Shown piece by piece: positions 24,346 through 38,100 of a stretch of 64,000 bases of DNA. Position numbers and translations under genes: made by a program. The DNA comes from Macrostomum hystrix. Its lineage: Eukaryota; Animalia; Platyhelminthes. Position 1 is the stretch's first letter. Every line of letters starts with the position of its first letter. The notes under the pieces are model-generated. The model saw only the letters and a program-made list of their open reading frames with translations, was not told where the DNA came from and ran no database searches. The stretch is taken from positions 13,702,001 to 13,766,000 of the forward strand of contig CATNEN010000039.1 of assembly GCA_950097015.1 (NCBI GenBank), in the 5' to 3' direction.

Positions 24346-24904
24346 CTTCCTTGTAGCCATTCTGAGAGCTAGTAGGTCGCTGATCTTGTACAATGCCAGA
24401 AGATCGCCGTTTTTCTCTCTCCCCTCATGTTAAAATATTTCCTATCTGATGCTCGCTCCGCTTCAACAGGAAAAAGAATTTGTCGATAAAGCATTACATT
24501 GTCAGAAACTTGAAGCTGAAAATGAAAGATTGCTTGTCTCTCAAACTTTTCTACCCGCATACTCTCCCTTGTGTGAGTCTCATCCCTTTACTTTTACAGA
24601 ATCATCAATGTGCCGTCCTGAACAAGTTGAGCTGGCAACTGAATATTGACATTTTCTAGCGTCTAACATTACCTGGGAATCGCTTCGCACTATGAGTTTC
24701 TGCACTCATAGCCGAAGCATTGTGTTTGAAGCCTAGATTTCACACCTTTACACCATTTCCTGTCTTTTGTTGCTCGCCCTGCTCTCCTGACAAACTAGAC
24801 TTTGAATTCACTGCTGTGCTATGCGCTAAGGACTTAATCGATATTTTATCTAACCAAACCTGCCACCACTCTTCTGCTCTACTTGACACCTATGCGATCT
24901 GACC

Positions 24905-26096
24905 TTTTCTTCTCCCATTTCCTCCGTTTCCCTCTCCCCTCTCCTCCGTTTCCTTCTCCCCTCTCCTCACATTCCTTCTCCCCTCTCCTCCGTTTCCTTC
25001 TCCCCTCTCCTCACATTCCTTCTCCCCTCTCCTCCGTTTCCTTCTCCCCTCTCCTCACATTCCTTCTCCCCTCTCCTCCGTTTCCTTCTCCCCTCTCCTC
25101 ACATTCCTTCTCCCCTCTCCTCCGTTTCCTTCTCCCCTCTCCTCCCATTCCTTCTCCCCTCTCCTCCCATTCCTTCTCCCCTCTCCTCACATTCCTTCTC
25201 CCCTCTCCTCCGTTTCCTTCTCCCCTCTCCTCACATTCCTTCTCCCCTCTCCTCCGTTTCCTTCTCCCCTCTCCTCCCATTCCTTCTCCCCTCTCCTCCC
25301 ATTCCTTCTCCCCTCTCCTCCCATTCCTTCTCCCCTCTCCTCCCATTCCTTCTCCCCTCTCCTCACATTCCTTCTCCCCTCTCCTCCGTTTCCTTCTCCC
25401 CTCTCCTCACATTCCTTCTCCCCTCTCCTCCGTTTCCTTCTCCCCTCTCCTCCGTTTCCTTCTCCCCTCTCCTCACATTCCTTCTCCCCTCTCCTCCGTT
25501 TCCTTCTCCCCTCTCCTCACATTCCTTCTCCCCTCTCCTCACATTCCTTCTCCCCTCTCCTCCCATTCCTTCTCCCCTCTCCTCCCATTCCTTCTCCCCT
25601 CTCCTCACATTCCTTCTCCCCTCTCCTCCGTTTCCTTCTCCCCTCTCCTCACATTCCTTCTCCCCTCTCCTCCGTTTCCTTCTCCCCTCTCCTCCGTTTC
25701 CTTCTCCCCTCTCCTCACATTCCTTCTCCCCTCTCCTCCGTTTCCTTCTCCCCTCTCCTCACATTCCTTCTCCCCTCTCCTCACATTCCTTCTCCCCTCT
25801 CCTCCCATTCCTTCTCCCCTCTCCTCCCATTCCTTCTCCCCTCTCCTCACATTCCTTCTCCCCTCTCCTCCGTTTCCTTCTCCCCTCTCCTCACATTCCT
25901 TCTCCCCTCTCCTCCGTTTCCTTCTCCCCTCTCCTCACATTCCTTCTCCCCTCTCCTCCGTTTCCTTCTCCCCTCTCCTCCGTTTCCTTCTCCCCTCTTC
26001 TCACATTCCTTCTCCCCTCTCCTCCGTTTCCTTCTCCCCTCTCCTCACATTCCTTCTCCCCTCTCCTCCGTTTCCTTCTCCCCTCTCCACCCATTT
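24905..26096. repeat. 22-bp polypyrimidine array (CCTTCTCCCCTCTCCTC + ACATT/CGTTT/CCATT)
   Basis: Direct reading. Confidence 0.95.
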
Positions 26097-26768
26097 CTGA
26101 TCTCATTTCCCCTAGTTACTTAAAGAAAAAAGTCTGCCAAAGTCAGCCAGCTGATCTCAAATTATTTGATTATTTCAAGATGTACAATATTGATTCAAAG
26201 TTCAAAGCACAGATTTTTTTCTTGTTACTTAAATTTAGGTACAAGCAAGGGGGCAGAAAAATTTTTTTTTAGAAATTGTCGCTGCTAATTACTGTGTTTT
26301 GGCTGCATGAATGGTTTTCAACGATTGTGTAAACTGAATTCTTCGATTCTTTCAAGATAAACTTTACGAATAGATTATTGAACATTGTGCGATTGATTAA
26401 ATTAATTGCTTCGAATAAAAATTTGACGGATTAAAATATAATATTTACTTCAACAGAGGCCAAGCAAAAGTGTACATTTATACGATTTCATTCGTCATTT
26501 TTTAGTTAGAAAATGTGGCCAAAAAGCTTAATACTGATTCTGTCAGAGCATCTGAAGTTTAATTTTCTTAACGGCTTTAACGAGAAGGAAGGAATCTAAA
26601 ACACATTTTCTTAAAAAATACACGCTTTACAGATGCAATTTTGAATTGGCGCCTCGTAGTTTTGATTAAACCAAATAAGATAATAAATTTTAAACAAAAG
26701 CAAGCGCGCTTAAAGCCGGAAAGAATTAGCAAATATATTAATTTATGAGACGGTGTATTTGACAGTTT

Positions 26769-26946
26769 TTACACAAAGCTGGTCTCAAAGTAAGTATTTT
26801 TCAATGACTTCTTCGGACTATAGAGTGGCTCCTCTGATGTGCGCACAATTGTGCTTGCAGTACCCAATTGCTGCTGCAATCTTTGATAGTTGCTGGGCAA
26901 GGCTGCGCTCTGCTGCTGCTGCTGCTGATGCTGCTGCTGCTGCTGA

Positions 26947-26977
<31 letters not shown>

Positions 26978-28812
26978 TCGGCTGCGGTGGCGAAGGTCTG
27001 TTTCGCAGATCAGCAAACGGATCGATTGTCTGGTAGCCGCCGCCACCGCCGCCGCCGCTGCCGCTGCCGCTGGCGCTGTTGTTTAAGCCGCAGTCCAGAT
27101 CGTCGCAGCTGCTGGCCCGTTGAACGAAGGCCAGCTTCCTGGACCCGAGGCCGGCGCTACCAGGCTGCTGCGGGCGTCGGAGAGTCAGCGACGGTCTCTG
27201 CTGCTGCTGCTGTTGCTGCAGCATTGCTGACTGCAGCTCGCTGTTGTTGCACCAGACCTCGTATCTCCTGTGCGAGCTGCCAAGGGTTCGATTCCCCCAG
27301 CTGGGGTTGGAGCCTCCAGCGTGGACAGCGGCTCCGGCTGCGCCTCGACCGCCCGGCAGTCCGTTGTCGTCGTCTTCAAAGGAGCCGCTGCAGCGCTGCA
27401 TGTCGCGGCGATGACTGTTGGAGAATAGCAGCTGCTGAAAAGTTGAATGATTAAAATTTGGACTTTTAAATTGGTCCATAGAACAGAGTTAGAACGAATG
27501 AACACTGTACAATGGTTTTAATATAGTCTAAAGGCCTTTATTGGGTCTAAAAAATAATTGTGCAACCTCGCTCTGAGATCTAAAACTTCGAGCTGCATTA
27601 CCTGCTCCCCCTGAAAAAAATATGAAAATGGTTGCTACAAGTCACAAACGCTTGTTGGAGGAAAATTGGCAGACCTGGAAAAAATCAAGTCTAACAAAAT
27701 TATGTCGGAAATATACCTGCAAAACTGTTAACGATTTGATAATGGATACATTTGCTTTAGTAATAAATAGGCTACTGGCTCATTAATAACCTTCCCTCGT
27801 GCCCACTGCCCCTCACTACTAGAGTCTAGCATACATAAATAAATGGCATAAAGTTTCAATTACAGCTGAAGATGCAGAAGGTATTGTGACTAAGTCTGTG
27901 CAGACGTTTGTCCAGGTGCCCAGAACTTGCTACCTTGTGTAGGAAAACTTCAGAAAAGAAAGAATGGCTTTCTACTCTCTTCTAGAAGGGACTAAACAGG
28001 TAATACAGCCTATACATTTCCTTTATTTCCACTTGTAGCAAAGACGTGGGGCCAAATTAATTAGAGTATTAAAAGCCTGGCATTGAACGCGGCCACAAGT
28101 TGAAGGTTGAAGCGGGCAGTCGCCTTTGAACTTGAATATTAGCTTTCTGGTATCGTGAATGGGATTTCCTAAAATGCTCTCTTTTTCTGTCTCTTACAAA
28201 TCGAGACACTTTGCCGCGTTCTGTCCACTTAATTCCTAATAATCAATTATATATTCTAATTTTTTGCATCGGGAGTCTCTTTGCCTCTCGCACAAAGGTC
28301 ACTGAGTTCGATTCCGCGGCGAGGCCGCATTCGTTTGTGACGCAGCCGCCGAGACAATGCTTTGGGGACATCTTACAGTTTACGCAGCCAAGTTGAGGGC
28401 CAACCACCAAGGTACAGTGATCGAGTCTAACACTGCCTGACGATGAGAATAATCAGGCAGTGTCCGTCAGGCAGAGAATTTTGAATTAAATAATTTTGAG
28501 CCTTGAAGGATATATAAAGACTTCAAAACTGGCGCTTAGCACGCAAAACGCACAAAATCAAAAACTTTTCCGCCGCCTCCCAGTCTGGCAGCCGGCGGTG
28601 TATAGTCTGATCAACGCCAGAACTGTAAAATCCTCATACACTGCATGGGAGATGTGTGTGAGCGTGTGCGTGAGTTTAGGACAATGTCGTCGATAGACTA
28701 TAAAATTTACTGATTTCATGGGCTGATAGAGACATTGATGATCAGAAATTGAGCATGCTAACAATGAGTTGGTTGTTAAATAATCCCACACTATTATACC
28801 CGCTTATAATTA

Positions 28813-28843
<31 letters not shown>

Positions 28844-31409
28844 ATGAATCATATTCCTGTTTGATCTGTAATCTCTCTGGTTTATCTAATCTCTCCTCTC
28901 ATCCATCTAATCTAATATTTCTTATCTATCTAATCTGTTCTCTCTCATCTATCTAAACCAACTTTTCTAATCTATCTAATCTGTTCTCTCTCATCTATCT
29001 AAACCAACCTTTCTAATATATCTAATCTCTCCTCTCTCATCTATCGAATCTCTCCTCTCTCATCTATTTAATCTCTCCTCTCTCATCTATCGAATCTCTC
29101 CTCTCTCATCTATTTAATCTCTCCTCTCTCATCTATCTAATCTCTCCTCTCTCATCTATCTAATCTCTCCTCTCTCATCTATTTAATCTCTCCTCTCTCA
29201 TCTATTTAATCTCTCCTCTCTCATCTATCTAATCTCTCCTCTCTCATCTATCTAATCTCTCCTCTCTCCTCTATCTAATCTCTCCTCTCTCATCCATCTA
29301 ATCTCTCCCCTCTCATCTATCTAATCTAAACTTTCTTATCTATCTAATCTCTCCTCTGACATCTATCTCATTTCTAATCTGTAAATTTCTCGTTCTTTTT
29401 TCTACCCTTGAATAGAAATGTCAAGAAAAACATGCAATCTAAAACATAATTATCAGCAGCAGCAGCAGCAGCAGAGGATAAATAGCCTACAGGATTTGGG
29501 GTGACCCCGCAGCACTGTCTCAACCGTTGGACCATAAAATTAAAGAGAGAGAGAGAGAGAGAGAGAGAGTGCGTGGGTAGGTGGGGGAGGAGAGGCGGAG
29601 ATAGCTGGGGGGTGCTGAGACCGCTCTGGCGACGTCCCGGCGGCGATTGCGGCTGGAAGAGATCCGTCTCTGAGGGCGCCCTCGCCGACGCCAACTCCAT
29701 TCTCTCATGCTCATTCTATATTAGCCGCTCAAAATATCTTCAGTCGTACCATTTAAGAGGCGCACGCAGAAGCTGTAACCAGCCCCATCAGCGGCGATCA
29801 ATCAAATAATAGTTGAAGCTTTTTACATGACTTGACGAACAATACCTGAGCTTCTTGTCCTGACTGGTCTAATTTCCTCAGCTCTATGATCTGTTCCGCT
29901 AATTAAATTCTACCTGCACACTCATCACATCATCTTAGCTTTCTAAGGCTTTGAGCAATGTGGCCCCTGCTACCTTTGAATAGTTTCTCCTGTGTCTCAT
30001 CTCTCCCGTGTCTCATCTCTCCCCTGTCTTATCTCTCCTGTGTCTCATCTCTCCCGTGTCTCATCTCTCCCCTGTCTTATCTCTCCTGTGTCTCAACTCT
30101 CCCGTGTCTCATCTCTCCTCTGTCTCATCTCTCCCCTGTCTTATCTCTCCCGTGTCTCATCTCTCCCCTGTCTCAACTCTCCCGTGTCTCATCTCTCCCC
30201 TGTCTCAACTCTCCCGTGTCTCATCTCTCCCGTGTCTCATCTCTCCTGTGTCTCATCTCTCCCGTGTCTCATTTTTCTCCTGTCTCATTTTGTTACTTAA
30301 TGTGAGTACCAAGGAGATTCTCCTAAAGTTGGACATGCAATGACACGGAAGACATGCCTAGATACCATGCCTAGATGGGCCTCAGCTACTCTGTATAATG
30401 AGCAGTTCATTTTAGCATATATTGCCACTGCACTTGCCTGTCCGTCCTGCAGTGTTTTCTAGAATTCCCTTTGTTCCTTCTGCCGTCTTTCTGTGTCCAC
30501 CTAAAGCTGCCTTTGATGCTGAACCTGGCACTGCCTCAATTAGGCTGACTACGAAAGGTAAAGAGAGCCTAGCTATGATGCGGCTGGGGATTTATTCTCA
30601 CTCATCCTTCTCTTGAAGATTTTCCGCCCAATCTGCTTTATTATAATCTTCGTCAGAATCTACATCAAAGAAATCAGCGACCGTCATTCAGTCACTCCCT
30701 CATTCAGTCACTCCCTCATTCAGTCACTCCCTCATTCAGTCACTCCCTCATTCAGTCACTCCCTCATTCAGTCACTCCCTCATTCAGTCACTCCCTCATT
30801 CAGTCACTCCCTCATTCAGTCACTCCCTCATTCAGTCACTCCCTCATTCAGTCACTCCCTCATTCAGCCAATTTTTTGGCTTCAAACACGATTAATCGTC
30901 TTTCATTGTGAATTTATAATGACCTATAGATAGCAAAGTGTCGGTGTTTCATTCTATACAAAAGTCAAGCGCCAGCAACAACCACTTGGCACTAGGCCAG
31001 TGGGAAATTAGCGAATTCAGAAACGTAAACAAATTTACTAAAAAAGCTGTGACTTTTTTACAACTTCATTATGAATTCGAAGTGTGTGAGATGAGATACT
31101 AATAATAAACTGTGTTACACGCTTCATGTTACGCTGTGTAGTGAATGCTTGCAAGTGAATTAATTCGTATTTAGTAATGTGACTCTCTAGCAATTGTCAA
31201 CGAATCTTATCCATGAGAACTAAAGACTGACTGAAAATGTTTAGTTTTAGTTTTTCAAGTCTTGCCTTGATATCTAGGCACTGAGAGACTTACGCAGAGA
31301 ACTGTGCTCCACTTGATGCATTCTAGTGCCTCGTTTTTTAAATATAAAAAGACTTACTCAAACCAACTTAAAATTAAAAATAGATAGATAGATAGATAGA
31401 TAGATAGAC

Positions 31410-31476
<67 letters not shown>

Positions 31477-31477
31477 C

Positions 31478-31536
<59 letters not shown>

Positions 31537-31537
31537 C

Positions 31538-31588
<51 letters not shown>

Positions 31589-31589
31589 C

Positions 31590-31640
<51 letters not shown>

Positions 31641-31687
31641 CAGATAGATAGATAGACAGATAGATAGATAGACAGATAGATAGATAA

Positions 31688-31736
<49 letters not shown>

Positions 31737-31737
31737 C

Positions 31738-31792
<55 letters not shown>

Positions 31793-31793
31793 C

Positions 31794-31852
<59 letters not shown>

Positions 31853-31853
31853 C

Positions 31854-31888
<35 letters not shown>

Positions 31889-31983
31889 CAGATAGATAGA
31901 TAGACAGATAGATAGATAGACAGATAGATAGATAGATAGATAGATAGACAGATAGATAGATAGACAGATAGATAGATAAATAT

Positions 31984-32021
<38 letters not shown>

Positions 32022-32022
32022 G

Positions 32023-32111
<89 letters not shown>

Positions 32112-35100
32112 ATATATTCATTCATTCGTTTATTCATTTATTCATTCAGTCCTTCATTCAGTCATTCAGTCATCAAGTCATTAATTCAGTCAGTCATTCA
32201 GTCATTCATATTCATTCAGTCATTCATTCAGTCCTTCATTCAGTCATTCAAATTCATTCAGTCATTCATTCAGTTCTTCATTCAGTCATTCATATTCATT
32301 CAGTCATTCATTCAGTCCTTCATTCAGTCATTCATATTCATTCAGTCATTCATTCAGTCATTCATTCAGTCATTCATATTCATTCAGTCATTCATTCAGT
32401 CATTCATTCAGTCATTCATATTCATTAAGTCATTAATTCAGTCATTCAGTCATTCATTCAGTCATTCATATTCATTAAGTCATTAATTCAGTCATTCAGT
32501 CATTAATTCAGTCATTCAGTCATTCATTCAGTCATTCATTCAGTTATTCAGTCATTAATTCAGTCATTCAGTCATTAATTCATTCATTCAGTCATTCATT
32601 CAGTCATTCATTCAGTCATTCAGTCATTCATTCATTCAGTCATTCATTCAGTCAGTCATTCATTCAGTCATTCATTCAGTCATTCAGTCATTCATTCAGT
32701 CAGTCATTCATTCAGTCATTCATTCAGTCATTCAGTCATTCATTCAATCAGTCATTCATTCAGTCATTCATTCAGTCATTCATTCAGTCATTCATTCAGT
32801 CATTCATTCTACCAAACTGTTTTCGGCCAGTCTCAGATGTCTCAGTCAAAAAAAGTCCTCCAGCCTCAGTAAATCCCTATTCCAATCCCCATGTCTTCCC
32901 AACCAAATCCAATTTCCTTGAGCTCCAGCAGTTGATCATAGCACGGAAGTTGGTTGATCGGGTCGGGTGGATAATATGCCGCCAGATTTTAAACAAACAG
33001 ACATGCGAGCAAAGTTGGTTTCGTAGCCAGCGGGAATCAAAGATAGTCTCAGTTATAGTCCGGGTTAGAAATCGTGCCTGATGTTCGATATGTCGCTTCT
33101 GTTGTGCTATACCAGCATATTGTGTGTGTGTGTGTGTGTGTGCGTGTTTGTGAGGCCTATATAGTCAAACGCAAACAGTTTGCAATGTTGATTCTATGCT
33201 CACAATCTCAATATCTTTCCTATACCCTTCTTTTTCCTATAGGTTAGTGTTTACATTGGATGCATACCCCCGCATACACATATAGGCTTAATCTAGACAT
33301 CCTTAGGCAGCGGCTTATAGGCCCGCTGATTTCCTAACGCATTGCAAATTTAACTTACTTCGGACATCAGCGGCATAGCTTCGGCCAGCGACGTGCCCGG
33401 ATGATGCTTCAGCGCTGCTGGATGACCGCTAGAGCAGACTGTGCCGTTCGCGGACTGACCCTGGAGAGGCAGCGTGACCGCTTCGTTTTCGTAATCTGTA
33501 ATGGGATTTTCAGTTATGATTTTAATTATACTCAGAATAATAATAATAATAATAATTTATTACACCTACCCCAATAGGGTCAGATGTGCAGCCGACAGCA
33601 CAGCCGCAGCTATTGCGCGGCGCATCTGAAGGCTGCGTACAGCTGTTCAGTCCATGGACTGGGGGGACGCCACACCCACCTTCAATTATCCCAGCTATTG
33701 CTGGTACCCATTTAACGGCTGGGTGAACTGAAGCAATGCAGAGTTAAGTGTCTTGCTAAAGGACACAAATTGTTCCAGTGGAGTCGGGAATCGAACCCCC
33801 GACCTTTAAGTCGTGAGTCCGACGCTCTGACCACTAGGCTAAAACCTCTTTTAAAACATGATAATAACTGCAGGAGGCCGTGGGCACTACACATAGTTTG
33901 GCATACGCTCACACAGGTGTGTACATCTGCCCTGACTTTCTCATGGTACACTATCACTGTGCCTTGGAGGTTGGCCCTCAAGGGCGTAAAATGCACGACA
34001 AGCCCCCAAAGCCTTCTCTACGCGGCTGCGCCCCAAATTAATGTGGCCTCGCCGCGGAATCGAACTCAGGTACCTTGGCGCTAGAGGCAAACGCGTTAAC
34101 TGCTCTGCCACCAACCCCCTATATAGACCTAATAATTAGCGCTTGAGCATTTTATCAGATTTGTAATAAAAAGAATTTCGCATCATGAACTACGTAATCC
34201 TTATTTTTAGAAAGACGTAATTTTCATAAACTAGCTGCTTGCTTGCTTGCTTGCCTTGCGAAATTTCGTCTACTTGTTTGTTTTAGAATAGACAAAGATA
34301 CACACACTGGTGCAGAAGATATTCGCACAAGATAGAAGGCAAATTTTAGAACATGATTGACCTACGAACTTGGGACTTCGCCAGTGTGTACTGAAATCAG
34401 TTTTTGAAGAAATTTACTCTGTCGCCACTTGTCCATGTCCTACGCATGCTTTCATCGCTGGCATTTGTAGAGAAACACACCAGGGTATGCTTTAACAACA
34501 CTGATTAAGCTTGACATTCGGATTTCTAACCATTTTATTACAATACTTTCAAAGTCTTTTTCTTTTTAGAAGTCTAATACTGCTTGCATATACTACAGGA
34601 CAGATGAACTGGTAATCAGACAGGTACTAACAGGTAGGATGAACTGGTAATCAGACAGGTACTAACAGGTAGGATGAACTGGTAATCAGACAGGTACTAA
34701 CAGGTAGGTTGAACTGGTAATCAGACAGGTACTAACAGGTAGGATGAACTGGTAATCAGACAGGTACTAACAGGTAGGATGAACTGGTAATCAGACAGTT
34801 ACTAACAGGTAGGTTGAACTGGTAATCAGACAGGTACTAACAGGTAGGATGAACTGGTAATCAGACAGTTACTAACAGGTAGGATGATCTGGTAATCAGA
34901 CAGGCACTAACGAGTATCATGAACTGGCAATCAGACAGGTACTGACAGGTAAGATGAACTGGTAATCAGACAGGTACTAACAGGTAGGATGAACTGGTAA
35001 TCAGACAGGTACTAACAGGTAGGATGAACTGGTAATCAGACAGGTACTAACAGGTAGGATGAATTGGTAATCAGACAGGTACTAACAGGTAGGATGAACT

Positions 35101-38100
35101 GGTAATCAGACAGGTACTAACAGGTAGGATGAATTGGTAATCAGACAGGTACTAACAGGTAGGATGAACTGGTAATCAGACAGGTACTAATGAGTATCAT
35201 GAACTGGCAATCAGACAGGTACTAACAGGTAGGATGAACTGGTAATCAGACAGGTACTAACAGGTAGGATGAATTGGTAATCAGACAGGTACTAACAGGT
35301 AGGATGAACTGGCAATCAGACAGGTACTACCGAGTATCATGAACTGGTAATCAGACAGGTACTAACAGGTAGGATGAACTGGTAATCAGACAGGTACTAA
35401 CAGGTAGGATGAACTGGTAATCAGACAGGTACTAACAGGTAGGATGAACTGGTAATCAGACAGTTACTAACAGGTAGGATGATCTGGTAATCAGACAGGC
35501 ACTAACGAGTATCATGAACTGGCAATCAGACAGGTACTGACAGGTAAGATGAACTGGTAATCAGACAGGTACTACAGGTAGGATGAGCTGGTAATTAGAA
35601 GTATAAATGAAGGATTAAAACAACCACTAGTTAAATTGGCTCTAAAGTTTGACTCATAAGTCGTGGGAAATTCGGTGAAATATTTCAATAAGTTCAACTA
35701 GTCGCATTATCAAACTTGCTTGAGAATTCAGATCTGAAAGCTAACAAAAAACAAGGCGGAAGACGATCTTCAAAGTGCAGCTTCCTCGCGTCGCCGGGAC
35801 AGTGAATGGTGACAGAAAAAAAATATTTCTGTAGAATAAAAGCAGTCTAAGAGGCAGCGCATAGATGGTGTGAGCACAGAGACCCTCTTGTCTTTTAGAA
35901 GAGCCTCCATTCTTCCCGATGCCGCCGCTCTTCATCGCAGCATTGTCCCATTGTTGGAAACCGCGGTTGAGGAGGACTTGAATGGCCTCAGGTAGGACTA
36001 AATGGGCGGGCGATTCAGAGGCTCACAGCTGCAGAATAATCTGATGATGAATCAGACAAATCGGGTTCATTTGATGGCAGCTCTGGTTGAAAAGTTTCTT
36101 CTGACAACTTGACCATCACCGGTGCCTGGCTATATGGGTCCTAAGGGTGCACTTTTGACTTCTGTCACACCTCCGACCCACTACTCAGTGACTGACTGTG
36201 AGGATATGAAATATAGGAATAATAGAACTACTTAGATTTTGGCGAGATTGACAAGATTAATGCTGGAAAGCATGAAGCACACTTGAAGGTGTCTAGTGAT
36301 TTTCTTGATAGAAAATTTAGAAAGAGAGAAGACAGACATTCAAAGACAGACAGACACAAATCACCTTCTTATTCTTGTTACGTAGTTCAAAGAAGTAATT
36401 CACTGCTTTAGTTCGCCGTATCATTTCCCCCAAAATGGGATTATTATCCCAAACTGCATCCGGCCCAAGGCTGATTGAGTACTATGCGCAATTTGGGATT
36501 TAATCTAGCTTTTCTGATTGTGTTGGGCTCGAGTTAATAGCAATACTCCCAAAACTTTCATTATAGACCAGCATGGCCAAGACCAAGTCTTGAAGCATTT
36601 TGCCTCGAAAAGGATTTTTCATGGCGAATCCCAAGGTAGCCGGCGGGAAATCTGCTTCAATATACTCTGAGCCGATTCTGATCGGGGTGCCTCAGAAATC
36701 TGATGGATGATGGGCGCCATTGGCAGCCATATAGACTTCCGATCCTTGGCTCTATGGAAATCCCTTTCTCTCTCTCTCCCTTCCTTGCTTTCACCCTGCG
36801 AAAGGGGTGGAGGATGCTTGGCCGGATCTCAAGCCGACAAGAGCCCGGTGCCAGCAGCAGCAGCAGCAGCAGCAGCCAAACTGCTTCATGTGGTCAGTCA
36901 TCAATCAAGGGATCGCTTCTCTCTTTTACTTAAAACCGCCTCCCCCCGCCAGACATTCTCTTATTCTCTGCGCTCACCCACCGCTACCGATATTCTCATA
37001 TTTGGCCTCTCAATGTCGGAATTGAGTGCCAGTGCTAAAGGGGTAGGGCCCGCGCACTCATTGCAGTGAGATTCGTTTCAAATAGCTTTTTTTCAGTTGC
37101 AGCAGTATCGGCATTTAGCGAGATTAAAAATTTGCCTATATATTTTGTCCAGTCAGCTGGTAACTGATGCAGGATTCATTAGAAAATTGCTATGTGCTAT
37201 TGTTCTTGTCGATTCCTGACAAAATGCATCAACTCTACCGTGTTTTTTTAGAAGTTAAAATTATGTGCGTAGAGGTTATAGGGGGTGGGTGGCATAGTGT
37301 TCTAATGCATTTGCCTCTCGCACTGAGGTCCCTGAGCTCGATTCCGCGTCGAGGCCACATTAATTTCGGGGCGCAGCCGCGGAGAGAAGGCTTGGAGGCT
37401 TGTCGTGCAGTTTACGCACGTCTTTGAGGGCCAACCTCCAAGTTGCACACACAACCTGCGTGTGTGCTCAGGAGTCAGCGGAATGGGCAGAATTGCCTAC
37501 TCGCTGGCTGCGGGTCTAGTGTCACCAAATGATGTACCATTGCCCGCAGCCTCCATGCAAAAAAATAATTACGCTCGTATATATGTTATAACCAAGTAGA
37601 CTCACCCTTCTCAATGTTTCTATCGATTCGTTTGACATAGAAGAACAAGACGAATGCGAAGACGATGACGATGATGAACACAACCACGGTCACGAGCGTC
37701 ACTATGATGACGAAATTGCGACGCTCAACGCCGCCTTCGTCCAGCCGGTTGACATTTGGTAATCCGCCACCGTTCTCATAGTTGTAGCCGCCCCCGACTC
37801 CGCTGTGACTTCCACCGGGACCGACGCCAGAGCCTCCATTGACTTGGCCGCCGCCCGTCAGTATCGACGACTGTCTAGTTCGCACGATGGAGACAACGCA
37901 GGAATAGTCGCGACGATGACGCGGCTCGCTAGGATCCTCCAGGCGGATCACCAGCTCGTAGATCTCTCTGTCCACCTGCTTGGCAGGTAGGCTCTTGATG
38001 CACAGCAGCTGGCTATCGAGGCGAAACTGCACGGAGCCGTCCGTTATCGGCTGACGAAATCCCAGACGGACCTCCGTGACATTCTCGATTGAAACTCGAG

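Noticed and set aside
29550-29715. Possible extra protocadherin exon (NEHERMELASARAPSETD..) and another near 35880-35997
   Set aside because: Frames are compatible, but no convincing donor site was found; left out of the model pending cDNA.
16760-35597. 36-bp, 35-bp and 30-bp repeats of CRISPR-like length
   Set aside because: Head-to-tail units without unique spacers, no cas genes, eukaryotic context.
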